From Octopus bimaculoides (taxonomy: Eukaryota): 64,000 nucleotides of DNA. This document shows positions 13,701 through 24,835 of this stretch, piece after piece. The stretch spans positions 979,610-1,043,609 of the forward strand of contig NC_069004.1 in assembly GCF_001194135.2 (NCBI RefSeq). Direction: 5' to 3'. The notes under the pieces were generated by a model, which saw nothing but the letters and a program-made list of their open reading frames with translations, did no database searches and was not told the DNA's origin. Every line of letters starts with the position of its first letter. The first letter of the stretch is position 1. The translations under genes and the position numbers were made by a program.

Positions 13701-15134
13701 ATCCTGAATCTACAGTCACAATTTTATTCCATCAATATTCCACAAATGCCCCTTTTGATGTCATTTATGTTGAAACATATTGTCTTTGTTTCAATTAATG
13801 AAGAATTTATTAAAATAATTGTGTTGTTATTGAGCTAGTGTTTGGAATATAAATTAACATGAAATCTTGGTGCAATATTTTAATTTACATCATTTTAAAA
13901 ACAAAGAATTTGTATCATGGAACTAAAGATGGCTTCAAGCAGGTTAATATGCTGCAACCACATTCTTATAGTTTACAATTCCTATTAGCATTTTGACACA
14001 TCATTTAAGATATAATTAAAATAGAAAAGGTCATTTAATGACATAAATATAAACAATAGACTTAATAATTGTCAATATCTAAGTTAACAATCCAAATATT
14101 TTTAATTTTCCAAAGATTTTAGATAAATTTGTTGCAACGAGCTGCGCTCTGATTTCAAATTCCATTGAGGTCAACTTCACCTTTTAACCTTTTGGGATTG
14201 AAACAAAAGCATTAACCCAGGGCATTGGATTGGCAGAATGGTTTTGGTATCTGTGTCAGCCCTGTGTTGTTCCAACAACTTTTGTGATGACACTGGTGCC
14301 AAATTGTGTGATCTGTCCAAGTTGGTGGCCTTTCCCTTACATTAAATACTGATATTGTGGAGAGTGGAAACTTGTATACATATAGGCAACACTGCTTCAG
14401 TCTCATGTTTGGTTTTGTCACAAGCACGTAATTTTTTATTCTATTTTATACATAGCCTTTCTCCAGTATCTCACTGACTCAAATACTTTCTGGAAGATCA
14501 TTTGCCAGTGACTAAATACAGCTTTAAATTATATACTGTTCCAGAAAAGACCTATCATGATGACAGCAGACTTAAAAAGTATAAATTTTCCTTTTCTTTC
14601 CCTTATGCATTCACAACAAATATATTTTCACACATTGAGTTGAGTTAAAATATAAAGAACCTCTACTCAGAAAAAAAAAACAAAAGTGGGTGACGATTGT
14701 AAATTTTAACTTTCGTTTACATAATGCAAGTCATCAAACATACCCTCTGGCCTTACGGAATATCAGATCATTTTTCTCATCAACTGAAAGACCATCTCGT
14801 TGTTTACTAGGTGGATTCCATCTGAAAAATAGGAAGATTCATTGTTTTTTTAAAAAAGTAAACAAACAAAAAAAAAACAACACTCTTTCATTCAGTCAGA
14901 GAGTTGTGTAGAGAGAATGGTTTCTGTATGGTTCAACAGGAACCAATGAATTGTTACTGCCAATGTTATGACTCCTCTGTCTGAAGACATATTGGTAACC
15001 AAGCAAAAGTCTGAAGACTAAATATCGTAAAGTCTGGATTAAACAAATCCAGAGGAACCAAAAAGGATTTTCATAAAAACTCACCGTCCTCCGGAGCGTC
15101 GGGAAACACCACCCTCTTCTTTATGTCCGTCCAG
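431..15134 (-). CDS. EIF4G2: Eukaryotic translation initiation factor 4 gamma 2 (DAP5/p97/NAT1), spliced CDS with a predicted CUG start
   Basis: Exons (minus): 15134-15085, 14821-14744, 13266-13164, 11857-11747, 11530-11464, 11190-11098, 10398-10229, [N gap 9242-9760], 8787-8631, 8173-8078, 7191-6934, 6630-6380, 5810-5721, 5142-5060, 4332-4280, 4014-3935, 3559-3301, 2688-2484, 1767-1656, 1399-1303, 755-634, 496-431. All phases are compatible. The peptide shows MIF4G (FRKARGILNKLTPEKFDKLSLELLNVG...KMLGNIKFIGELGKL), MA3 (LLDDYFNSGD...YPLFLISLQQ) and W2 (EEAFLKWKED...VNQWLTWLEQAEEESEDDDDD*). It lacks the long eIF4E/PABP-binding N-terminus of eIF4G1/3, as expected for DAP5. Confidence 0.96.
2484..5142 (-). 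CDS. EIF4G2: EIF4G2 MA3-domain exons 5142-5060, 4332-4280, 4014-3935, 3559-3301 and 2688-2484
   Basis: TSLLDDYFNSGD, DVPLIKSYVA, HYPLFLISLQQ, KMMEILEDRGLSFLFPLL, IFKWIKD; canonical splice sites. Confidence 0.95.
5721..8787 (-). CDS. EIF4G2: EIF4G2 Gly/Pro-rich linker exons 8787-8631, 8173-8078, 7191-6934, 6630-6380 and 5810-5721
   Basis: Contains GGLADIF and IGTGPGVIQ, both DAP5-like linker motifs. Phases 0-1-1-1-0-0 are consistent; the 6380 donor is GC. Confidence 0.88.
5930..6230 (+). mobile_element. Representative of the dominant tRNA-derived SINE family; other copies near 855-985(+), 7680-7875(-), 27630-28010(+), 36280-36365(-), 38990-39140(+), 40740-40865(-), 43420-43561(-), 43935-44095(+), 61580-61740(+)
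   Basis: Recurrent ggcatggctgtgtggttaagaag...ggttcagtccca...gggcaagtgtcttct...gaccaaagcc...gaaactgaaagaagcc. Confidence 0.85.
10229..10398 (-). CDS. EIF4G2: EIF4G2 MIF4G exon GELGKLEMLHEGILHKCIKQLL...RLDSLEAK
   Basis: ORF 10136..10378 plus splice sites; EDLECLCQIIRTVGRRLD is the conserved eIF4G motif. Confidence 0.96.
11098..11857 (-). CDS. EIF4G2: EIF4G2 MIF4G exons 11857-11747, 11530-11464 and 11190-11098
   Basis: IFEKALDEPKYSSLYAQLCHRL / TFRRLLLNKCQDEFENR / KQKMLGNIKFIG; canonical splice sites with consistent phases. Confidence 0.96.
13164..13266 (-). CDS. EIF4G2: EIF4G2 MIF4G exon ILNKLTPEKFDKLSLELLNVGIDSQLILKGIILL
   Basis: Signature eIF4G ILNKLTPEKF motif; AG/GTAAG boundaries. Confidence 0.97.
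14744..14821 (-). CDS. EIF4G2: EIF4G2 exon WNPPSKQRDGLSVDEKNDLIFRKARG
   Basis: AG/GT boundaries, phase 2-2; matches the W(V/N)P...FRKxRG start of MIF4G. Confidence 0.93.
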
Positions 15135-15200
15135 TATGCTGCTTGTTGTTGGAAGGAAACACCAACGTGCAGTTGAGATAATTTAAAAAAAAAATTTACC
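15085..15200 (-). CDS. EIF4G2: EIF4G2 first coding exon (5' UTR part 15200-15135, CUG at 15134-15132)
   Basis: Acceptor tctttctttcag at 15201 and donor GTGAGT at 15084. In-frame TAA at 15185-15183. Translation from CTG: (M)DGHKEEGGVSRRSGGR. Confidence 0.85.
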
Positions 15201-18200
15201 CTGAAAGAAAGATATTTGAAAATAGATTTTTAACTAAGAGTTAGATGCTAACAGAAACTGAAAAATCATTTAAATGCACAATATATAAATACAACAAAAC
15301 AAGGTGTGACCTTATCAACCCTTTAGCATTCAGATCACTTGGTCAAATGTAATGTTTATTTATTCACATAGCTTTGAATTAATCATGCATTATCTCATAG
15401 CTTTTTGAGATTTCAGTGATGTGATTGTGTATTTTTAGAATGACATTGTAGAGTAGATATGAAAGGCCAGGCAGGATCTAACCAGTTCAAACATAAAACA
15501 AAATATTTAGACCCGATTTGGCCAGCTTGTAAATCACATTGCAACAATCTTTTACATTCCCTAACTGGTAATTACCAAATTTTTAATTCATCACTTATAA
15601 ACAATAATGAAATTAAAAAAAGTTTCAAGAAACAATACTGGTAGCAAAAGGTTTCTGTGAAACAGTCCTAAATTAGCTGGAAACCAACACTGTGTTTACT
15701 ATTATAACTCTTTTTAAACATTCAAGAATATATCTCCAACTCGTAATAAATAGCAAAGTTAAGAAGTGGTCATTGCCATTATCAATACATTTTTCATTTC
15801 TTTACCTCATCCTAAACAAATGTGAAGGATCTGTAAACTCAAATAACAGCTTATGTTCTTGAGATATTCTTCAGCAACATGTTGAACCACAGCTGTTATT
15901 AAATGAAAATGCAGCCAGATTTGTCTCAAAAGACATACTAAGTGCTTTGTTCAAGAATAAAGTTCATTCATATTGCATGCATGCTAAGAGGAAATTTTGA
16001 AAGCCATGGTGCAAACATTTTGTCACGGCTCAACTTATTAGAAAGACTTAATTAAACCAAAACATTAGCTATAACACTAAAATGCCGATTTACATGTCAG
16101 TGGACTGGGTCCATACAAAGCAGATATCGAAACAAGAAATCCTTCTTAAGTTGATGTTTTAGCAAATCACAAAACTGGCTAAGCATACATAAAATCTGAA
16201 TTCAAATTCACAAGACCAGCACTCAACATTAATTTCATTATTCCTATTATTAGATTCATTTAATAAATTCAATTAAAAATCATTAAACTGAATGTTGTAC
16301 ATTACCTGATCTAACTACTCCAAATATCGATAGAATTTTATCTAAAATGTCTTTTGTATAAATTTTCTAGTTTAAACTTTTGGAACTTACCTCTAGAATT
16401 GAAAGCTATTACATTCATGGTTTATCTTGGAATTTTTAATAAATACAGATTCCTTTTGATTAGAGAGAAAACTCTTGGAGAAAGTCATGTAGTGGCTTAT
16501 ACAACTTAAACCACTGGATATTTTAACAGTATTGAAAGGATAAGAGCAGGACTTACCCAATGCTTCTATAGCTTTGGTCATGTTAGCTACATAACACATT
16601 ATAGACATTAGGTCTGGACAATCAAAACTCCAGAAACAATCCCTTACCCTTCCCCTCTTGTTGCTAATACAACAGAACTTGTTACAATAAGACAGTGTAT
16701 AATGTATAGTCATGTTTCTACTTGCAAATGAAAGAATGGAATTATTCTATGACTACTCTATTATTTTTGTATATATTATTCTTGTTGTTTGATATCTATC
16801 GACCATTAATGCTGGTAGATTTCCTTTATTCCTTCAAGTTGGAGCAGAGGGTGAGAATATGATCATTACAGAATTAGAAATACTAATTATCTCTTTCATA
16901 AATTAATTAGGGGAATCGTTTTCATAGCATCTCTTAAATACACTTTGGTAAAAGAGCATTATGAAAAGCAACTAACAAAACTTCCTGGATATATAAAGAT
17001 TAGCAATATGACACCCAAGGTGTGTGTGTGGGGGTTTATATATAAGTGAGAGAGATCATGGGCTGAACCAACCCTATTTTATATATAAAAGTGTACTTCC
17101 TGAGGCTTCTTTAGGAAGAAGAAAGCCATTCTAATTTTAAAGTATGAAATAAATGAGAAGTAAATCTTCCCTCTGAGTGGATACCAGTCTATTTTTAGGC
17201 AATATTCCCAGAAGAGGTGTTTCTCAAAGTGTGTAGAATTAAGTGAACTTCTCAAACACACCTTAAAATACCTGCAGTGGATTTCAATGAACACATACAG
17301 GAAAAAATTATTTCAGGAGTTCTTCTTTGAGCAACAAGTCCAGCACTATACTAGTAAAACAGGTATAGATTATTTTCATCCAAGACAAAAGTATAATTGA
17401 GAGTTTCTATTCCCAAAACCAAAAAAAAAACTGAGGATCAAAATGGTTACAAGTAATCCTCAGTAATACTCATAATCTACTATAATCCACAGCTTATCTT
17501 GTTAGTGTTGTTGAGGTGGGCATAATTTCTCTAGTAAAATACACTCTGTACATCCATGTAAAGTAGTTGGTGATAGGAAAGGCATCCAGTCACAGAAAAC
17601 ATTCTAAAAATGGAACGAGGGAGAGAAGTGTCTGACACTATTGGTGGAGGTAACTTCAAATGAAAACCTAATTCCATGATAACTTGTAGAATCAAAATCA
17701 ACACGGAACAGAGAGGCTTATTTGCTCAGTGGTAAATTGAATGCAGATTGGGAGTGGCTTGGTTTGAACCCAGATTGGGGGTGCCTTGGTGCCATTCCTA
17801 CCATATGTCACCAGTATTTTCTTCAAACTAGAGAAAGCAGAGTTAGATGCCCTTGCTCAATAACACTGGCTAAATCTGAATTTATGGCAATATAATAGCC
17901 CAGCACCTTAAATTGTACTCCAGGGAAGTGAATAGACAACTGTAGGGACCAAGAGTGAAACTTGGGTTACAAGCCCATATGGGTTCTTAGCATCAGGTAA
18001 TCACACCTTAACTGCAAGTGGAAAATAAAAGACCAAGTAAAAGTTCCTAACATCAATGGCATCCATTATTAATCTTGTCTAACTGGTTCCACTGGAGCTA
18101 CAGACATACAATAATCATGATATATAAGAAGTAGTTTATTAATAAATCAGTTGACACAGTCACTGTAAGAGTACACTAGAAATAAAGACAAGAGAAGCCA

Positions 18201-18919
18201 CGAGAATAGGAAAAGATCTTAATAGATCATCTGTCAATGTTTGAACATGTTTTTATGTTAGCACGCATTAACGAAGTCTACTGACGAAATGTCATCCCTC
18301 CAATCAATGTTTTGTCAACTTCTCTGCTACGAGACACTGTATCTGGACTGCTAACTCACAGCCAGATATATATTTATCCCAGTGCAGAAAGACCTCCCCC
18401 TATGCTCGCCTGTCATGATACGACCAGTGGTGGTTGAACTCATTTGAATTTTTTAAATTTCAAGTCCAGCAGTCAACAAATGTGTGAGCTCTAAAAAAAC
18501 AAACAAACAAGGTGACTCATCACTGCTATGGTGGAATGTGTGAGGTCAAAATAGTCTCTGGAAATGGTGCCATCATCCTCTCTCGAGACACAGAATTCAC
18601 AAGGCCACACATATACACATATATAAACAACATATGTAAACAAACTTTTATTTTGTTTTTAAAAGTGTCACGTGTATATTGTATTATACAGACAAAAAGG
18701 TAATATTTCAAACGCATGATAGCCATAAAAAGATTGGGTATTATTATTCTTATAAGACAGAAAAAAGTTGTCCCACCATGGCTGTTGGCAACTTTTTTCC
18801 ATCTTAAAAGGGTAATAATACCCAATCGTTCTGCTGTTTGCATGGTTATAATGCAACTGAAATATTACCTTCTTGTCTGTATAATATGAAATATGTGTGT
18901 ATGTGTGTGTGTGTGTGTA

Positions 18920-18970
<51 letters not shown>

Positions 18971-20405
18971 CAATAATGAAAGTGACTCTATAGAAGCTGC
19001 ATTGAGTATTAGTGCACATGCAGGTAAGTGTGTAAATTCGTAGCCATTTCTACCTTGGCCAGCACAATAATTATGTACAAGTGTCGGTTTGTTTCCCTCC
19101 TGTGCATACTAATGGCTATTTTTTTTTTTTGTTACATAGGTTATATGCTCTAATATTGGACTATTTTGTATAGTCAACATATGGTGAAGACTTGTTTTTA
19201 CACTATAGAAAATAGTCCCCTGTAATGGAAAAAAAAAGGGGGCATTAGTATGCATGGGAAACAAGCGCCCACCCACACACACATTGATTATGCCATGTAC
19301 TCTACACATATATTACTGAGTACTTTATTTTTGCTCAAGTAAATCCATTCACAGTGAATGTGCATGTGCACATAAATTGACGGTGGCAAAGTTATGGAAA
19401 GATTTGGGCAGCAAAAAAACTGAATACATTGATGGCAGAGAAAGAGGAGATTGCAATGTGTGAGCAGCTGAAAATATTCCCTCAAAATAAAACCTAGGCC
19501 TATAATTATTTAGTTGGTGCACATATCTGTTAAACCTATGGAAATTGAACCGGTGTGTATGTTAATAAGGCATTGAAACAGAACGGATCTCCCCAGACAC
19601 AACAATATATATTGAATTTCACCACAGACATTTAATCATTTAAATTGTTATCCAATACATAAGACATAATACTCATGCACACACCCACATGCATAGAAGG
19701 TATACAGGTAAACACACCTACCTAAACAAAAACATCTTGACCGCATGTGACTTAAAGACCCCTTGTGCTTTTCTCCTGTGAGCAACACACACTTCATCCT
19801 AGATCAACGACTTCCTTACCATAGCAAAGTGTTGTGCTGCTCCTCAGGTCGGCCCTCCATGAGGAACTGCACCCACCCCACACTCCTTGTGTTAGCAGTG
19901 GCATCAATGGCTTCTGTTGTTCTGTACTTTTATTTGGAAGGTAAATATGACAGGAGTCTGGAGTCTTTCAAAAATGCAAAAGAACATCTTCCCTCTTTAG
20001 GATCCAGTCCACTGATGCAGACTTGCCCTTCCCCAGATCATCTTAAAACCTGTTGAGTACCCCCGAGCAGTTTTAGTAGGCTTTGTCAGATTCCCTCTGC
20101 TCGGACTTACTCTCTTGCCTCCTTCTTTACCATCAAGACTTCCTGCCAACATTCTTCGCATCAATGGGAAATTGTTCCCTGGAGAAGTGAGCTGACAGCT
20201 GAATTTCTGGCCTTGGCTCTTCTCATCTCCCTCTCTTGAACCCACCAACTGGCACGACACGAACGTCACATCTGAACTTGGAACCGTGCGACTGGGAAGC
20301 AAACTGCTTATCACACAACTACGTCTGCGCTTACAACATTTTTCATACAATCTACAACACCTTCAAATTTACAAAGATGTACTTTTGGTGCACTTTTCTC
20401 CCATA

Positions 20406-20610
20406 TGGCATAGTGGTTAAGAGCGCAGACTACTAACCCCAAGATTCCGAGTTCGATTCCAAGCAGTGACCTGAATAATAACAACATCGAAAAATACCTT
20501 AGGAATGAGAACCCCAGTTCGAAATTTCCCCAAGACACCTGATGAAGGCTGGAGGGTATATCAGCCGAAACGATGTGTTAACAACAAACAAGATGAGGAC
20601 AAATGTAAAT
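20406..20610 (+). mobile_element. tRNA-derived SINE with a Penelope-type hammerhead-like tail (copy 1)
   Basis: A box TGGCATAGTGG (20406-20416), B box AGTTCGATTCC (20450-20460), tail GACAC-CTGATGA-A-GGCTG..CAGCC-GAAA-CGAT-GTGTT (20534-20579). Confidence 0.75.
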
Positions 20611-21409
20611 CCCTCGTCTCTTAAATATAGACCTGTATTGAATAATTTCTATCCAGAAGTTCTAAATTGTCTTTTTTTATTATTATTTTGATATACGCAA
20701 GCCACACGTAAATAACTCCTTCTGTCCAGCAAACGTTTACACATGGCTTCGATTTTTTCGTATGACTGGTATGACTCAACTCAACTGCTAGTTATCCACA
20801 GGTTGTATTAGTAAGACCATTAAAATAGCTAAAATTTATGTCATTCTTCACACAAAGGCCACCAGATACTTGGAGCCAACAATGTCGCTCGGCCAATAAT
20901 CACATGAAAAACTAAATAAATTTTCCGAAAATTACAACCTGCCGTCTTCAAAAAAATGCAGAAGGATACAATACCCGGATAAAGTCAAGAATGGTAAAAT
21001 CTTGAACGATTTTGATCATAATATAAAACCTTCTCGGGTGAGGGATGGCCTAAATTCTAACCAGGTCAATATCTTGTTTATGTAACATTTACGGAAGTGG
21101 TCACTGACTTCACACACACAAATGTCGACAAATAAACAAAACAACCCGAAAGGTTTTGGCATTCTTTCGATTAAAGTTGCAATCATCGAAAGAAAGCCAA
21201 GGTTTTTTGGTTTTCGTTTTTTGGACGTGTGACCGATGAATTTTCAATTGCGCAGGCAAGTTAGAATTATGAAGCCACACTCAAACTTCGGAATTCTAGA
21301 ACTACAAAAGAATATCTGAAATCTCAATACAAAGAAGTCTGGCACAAAAGTTTAAAACAAAGACGCAAAAGAATATCGAATTGAAAATGATTTTGCGCGC
21401 GCGTGTGTG

Positions 21410-21558
21410 TAGGGTGACCGTAAAATCTAGATACATAGAGGCGGAAATGGTTATTTTCAATAATTTTATGCAACTACGGAAGAAGAAGAAAAAAATTACC
21501 GAAAAAAAAGGAATATTAGTGATATAATCCCATGTATCCAGACTTTATGGTCATCCTG
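21410..21558. mobile_element. MITE with 27-bp imperfect terminal inverted repeats (hAT-like ends)
   Basis: TAGGGTGACCGTAAAATCTAGATACAT versus the reverse complement of the right end, CAGGATGACCATAAAGTCTGGATACAT (22/27). No clean target-site duplication found. Confidence 0.6.
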
Positions 21559-22349
21559 TGTAGGCAAGAATTAAACAATGTAATCAATCCTTGAAAAAAA
21601 AAAAAAAAGACTTGACAACGCATATATTTGTAAGCACGTGACGTAAAAAGCTGTATTCGATGGAAAGAAGAGAATATGTTTTCAGCTGAACAACAAAACC
21701 ACCACCACCATCATCATCATCATCGCATTCAAAGTGAAATACTTAGAAAAGGAGATAACGATTGGTTTCATGTAATGTAGACATCAAAGAAAATTCGGTT
21801 TAAAAGCTGGAGAGAAAGACCAGGATGTGCGGAACTGCAGCCAAGCTTATAAAGCTTCTAGTATCCACTCCCAACTAACATTGAAAAATGGCAAAATCCT
21901 GACACTAGGGATCGCTAGATTTTCCATCTCCAAATTATAACCATTATTGCTACTATACTGGAAATTTTCATAATCTTAGTTTAGCAAAGGAGGGGACACG
22001 AGAGAGAGATGTGATGGTGAATGAAATTATTTAATAAAGACACGTGTGTTTATGTCTTCAAATACTTATGAATAGAAAATTATGACGAAGACGGAAGTGA
22101 AGGAGTGCTTGGCAGCTCGAAGCTGACGGGAGTGGTGGAAATGGATTCTCGAAGCTTCACAAACATACGCACACAACATTCTTAAAACGGTTCACGATAA
22201 GATTACAGCCGATTTGATAGACATGTTTTCCGTTTAGATTCAATATATTCGTGTTAATAAAACTGAAATACTAGCGAAAACTTTTCAAACAAATACTAAA
22301 ATTTTATTAGGACTCATTAATTATTCTAGAAACGAAAACCAGCATTAGA

Positions 22350-22385
<36 letters not shown>

Positions 22386-23868
22386 NNNNNNNNNNTATAT
22401 ATATAAATAAAATGATGGCAAGAACAGTTTTAAATTTCAATTTCGATTTCATTTATGAAGCAGTGCGTGCGTGCGTGTAGACGAAGATAGAACCGAGACA
22501 TTGACCACATTCTCAGTGTGTATGTGTTGTGTGTGGGGGAACCACAAGATCGTAGTTCACAGAAGTAATTTTTTTACGATAACTTTTAATTCTTTTAAGG
22601 GAATCTCGAAACAGCAAGAACCATATTTGGGCCCGTAAACTGAATCGACATTATCAGATTTTTTTTTTTTTTCCTTCTTAAATTATCACCACTGAATATT
22701 AATATATGCAATCAGTTTGCTAAAATAGCCTACATGTCTTCGAAATTCTAACAATATTATTTCCTTCAAGAATTGAAAAGTTCTCAAAACTTCTGGGAGG
22801 AACATCGTCACCGCTTCGAGATAATGTGAGGCAACAAGCGAAATCTATATCGTCCACTCTTCTGCAACTAAATCGTATGATTGATTTGTGTAAAAATACA
22901 TTTGACTTCGTTGGCCTTACACAGGTTATCGATGGCCACCTACACATACATACACATGGGTCCACCTACTTGTGTCATATATTCTCAGTAAAAACATCTG
23001 TTAATTCTTCGAGCCCATAACTGATTGTTTTATTCCATATGACCCACACGCTGGTGAATCAATATGCAATGAGCTTAAGAGAAAAGATTCTATCAGAGCA
23101 GTAGTCCCACCGCCCCTTGGTGGAACCGCGAATCATAGGATGCGATCTCACACCTCCTTAACATTTTAAAATTAAAATACAACGTACCACTTGCATATTA
23201 AAACACTACGAATAACTACAACCATTTGACAGACTTTGAAATAAAAAAAAAGGGGGGGGTTGAGACAGGTTACAAGATAAACCAAGGATATAAAGAGACA
23301 GCTCGTTGTTTTGACAAGTTTCATTCAAGACATTTCTGAAGAAATATGGTTTTGGTAATATATTAAAAAAACAAAAACGGTTAGTTATATCATGTTTGAC
23401 TACAACTGGAAACGATCCTATTGTGCAAATTAAGGGAAACAAGACTTAAGATTAGGAAGAGTAGGGATTCCAGGATAATACTTCCTAGAACGAGGGTAAT
23501 ATACTGTGGAAGATGGGGGGGGGGCAGTATAGATAAGATGTAGGTCAATGCTTTAGCAAGAAAATTATTCACATACAAAAGAATTTTCGCAATAAAATCT
23601 AATACGATTATCTTTATAGCGATACTGGTTACCGTAGTAAAAAAAACAAAAAAACACCCATTCGTTTATTAAAACATGCTATTTCTTAAATATAAATAAT
23701 TGCAAATTAAATATTCTTGTCTTAGTGAATGAAATAAATTTTCGGTAGATTTTTGGTTTTCAGCAGAGTCGACGAGACGGAATCCTGAAAGTGTTTGGTA
23801 AACGATGTGAAGTGGTAAAATAGTTCTTTAAGTCTGAGAACCAGCTAGCACCATAGCTATAGACTTAC

Positions 23869-23909
23869 TCCAAGTGACTGTGAAGCACTGTTACGACTAC
23901 TGCTACCCC
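23869..23909 (-). other. Candidate 41-nt EIF4G2 5' UTR exon
   Basis: Acceptor ctttttctatttaacag at 23910 and donor GGA|GTAAGT at 23868; no ATG inside. Confidence 0.3.
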
Positions 23910-24800
23910 CTGTTAAATAGAAAAAGCACTCGATGAGTGCCAACTTTCCCACGACTTACTACTTCGAAGCTCGTGCAGCACATATATATTTCTAATTTAC
24001 TTCAAATAAACCGGTTTTAAGTAATTAATAAAAAGACAACAAAACAGATGGTATCGTTCGGAGCAGATTCAGTCTTCTACTTTAATTTTAAAAATTAGAG
24101 AAAATTATTAATATTTAAAAATATAGTATGGAATGGGATGTGCATTGGGAAAATGAATAAAGAATATCTAGATATTGAAATTGAAAGGTCTCGTCGCCAA
24201 TCTACGAATGTTTAACAAGAGAGAGGCTTTTGATAAGAGATGGATCATTTGTATTTCACAGATCACAAGCACTGCGGAATAAATTAGAAATCTACACAAT
24301 TAGCCCCTTAAAGTCAGCGATGAAGGGGCAAAGGGGAGAAAAAAAAAGGGGGGGAATAGGACTGACAGAAGAGAATTATTTAAAGTGTATCATGATAGAT
24401 GGAAAAGAGAGGTAGTAGTCTTAATATGCAGAGGGCAACTAGCAGCTAAGAGGAGGAGGAAAGCCGTTAGCAGTCGCCATAGTGTACCTGCTACAGCTTG
24501 GTTGAGGAATTAATATTTAAATACTAGCCGGGTCATTCTCTTTCTGGTTTTTTTTTTTCCTATTCCCCCACCATCGGTTGAAACTATTTCATTTCAATGA
24601 TGGCCGGAAGGGCACCAATACGGTTTTAAAAAAAAGGCACGATCGTCACAATATCTCATTTAAATTCGTGTCCTTTATATTAGAAAGCTGTGAAGCCTTG
24701 TATCGAAATCAATCTGAAAACTGGAAAGTAATAATCACACACGGCTCTATTATCTATCAATCTTTCTACACCTAATTGTCTTCTATCTCATACATACATA

Positions 24801-24835
<35 letters not shown>

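Noticed and set aside
14819-14821. ATG at the start of the second coding exon as the eIF4G2 start
   Set aside because: It is out of frame with the MIF4G reading frame (A|TGG), so it cannot initiate DAP5.
16285-16560. Several GTAAGT-like donors on the minus strand upstream of the first coding exon
   Set aside because: Could be further leader exons, but acceptors are weak and such hexamers are common in AT-rich introns; unsupported without RNA data.
19763-20300. GC-richer block with ORFs on both strands; a possible extra gene
   Set aside because: No recognisable protein or splice-consistent partner. A faint QFLMEGRP on the minus strand hints at a decayed LINE ORF1 followed by a SINE piece, too weak to call.
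20406-20465. tRNA gene
   Set aside because: It has A and B boxes but no full cloverleaf and continues into a repeated tail, so it is a SINE head. No tRNA-Sec or snRNA (classic Staf targets) was recognised in the window.
22730-23020. About 96 open codons on the plus strand within eIF4G2 intron 1
   Set aside because: No ATG start, no splice support and no recognisable similarity; compatible with chance.
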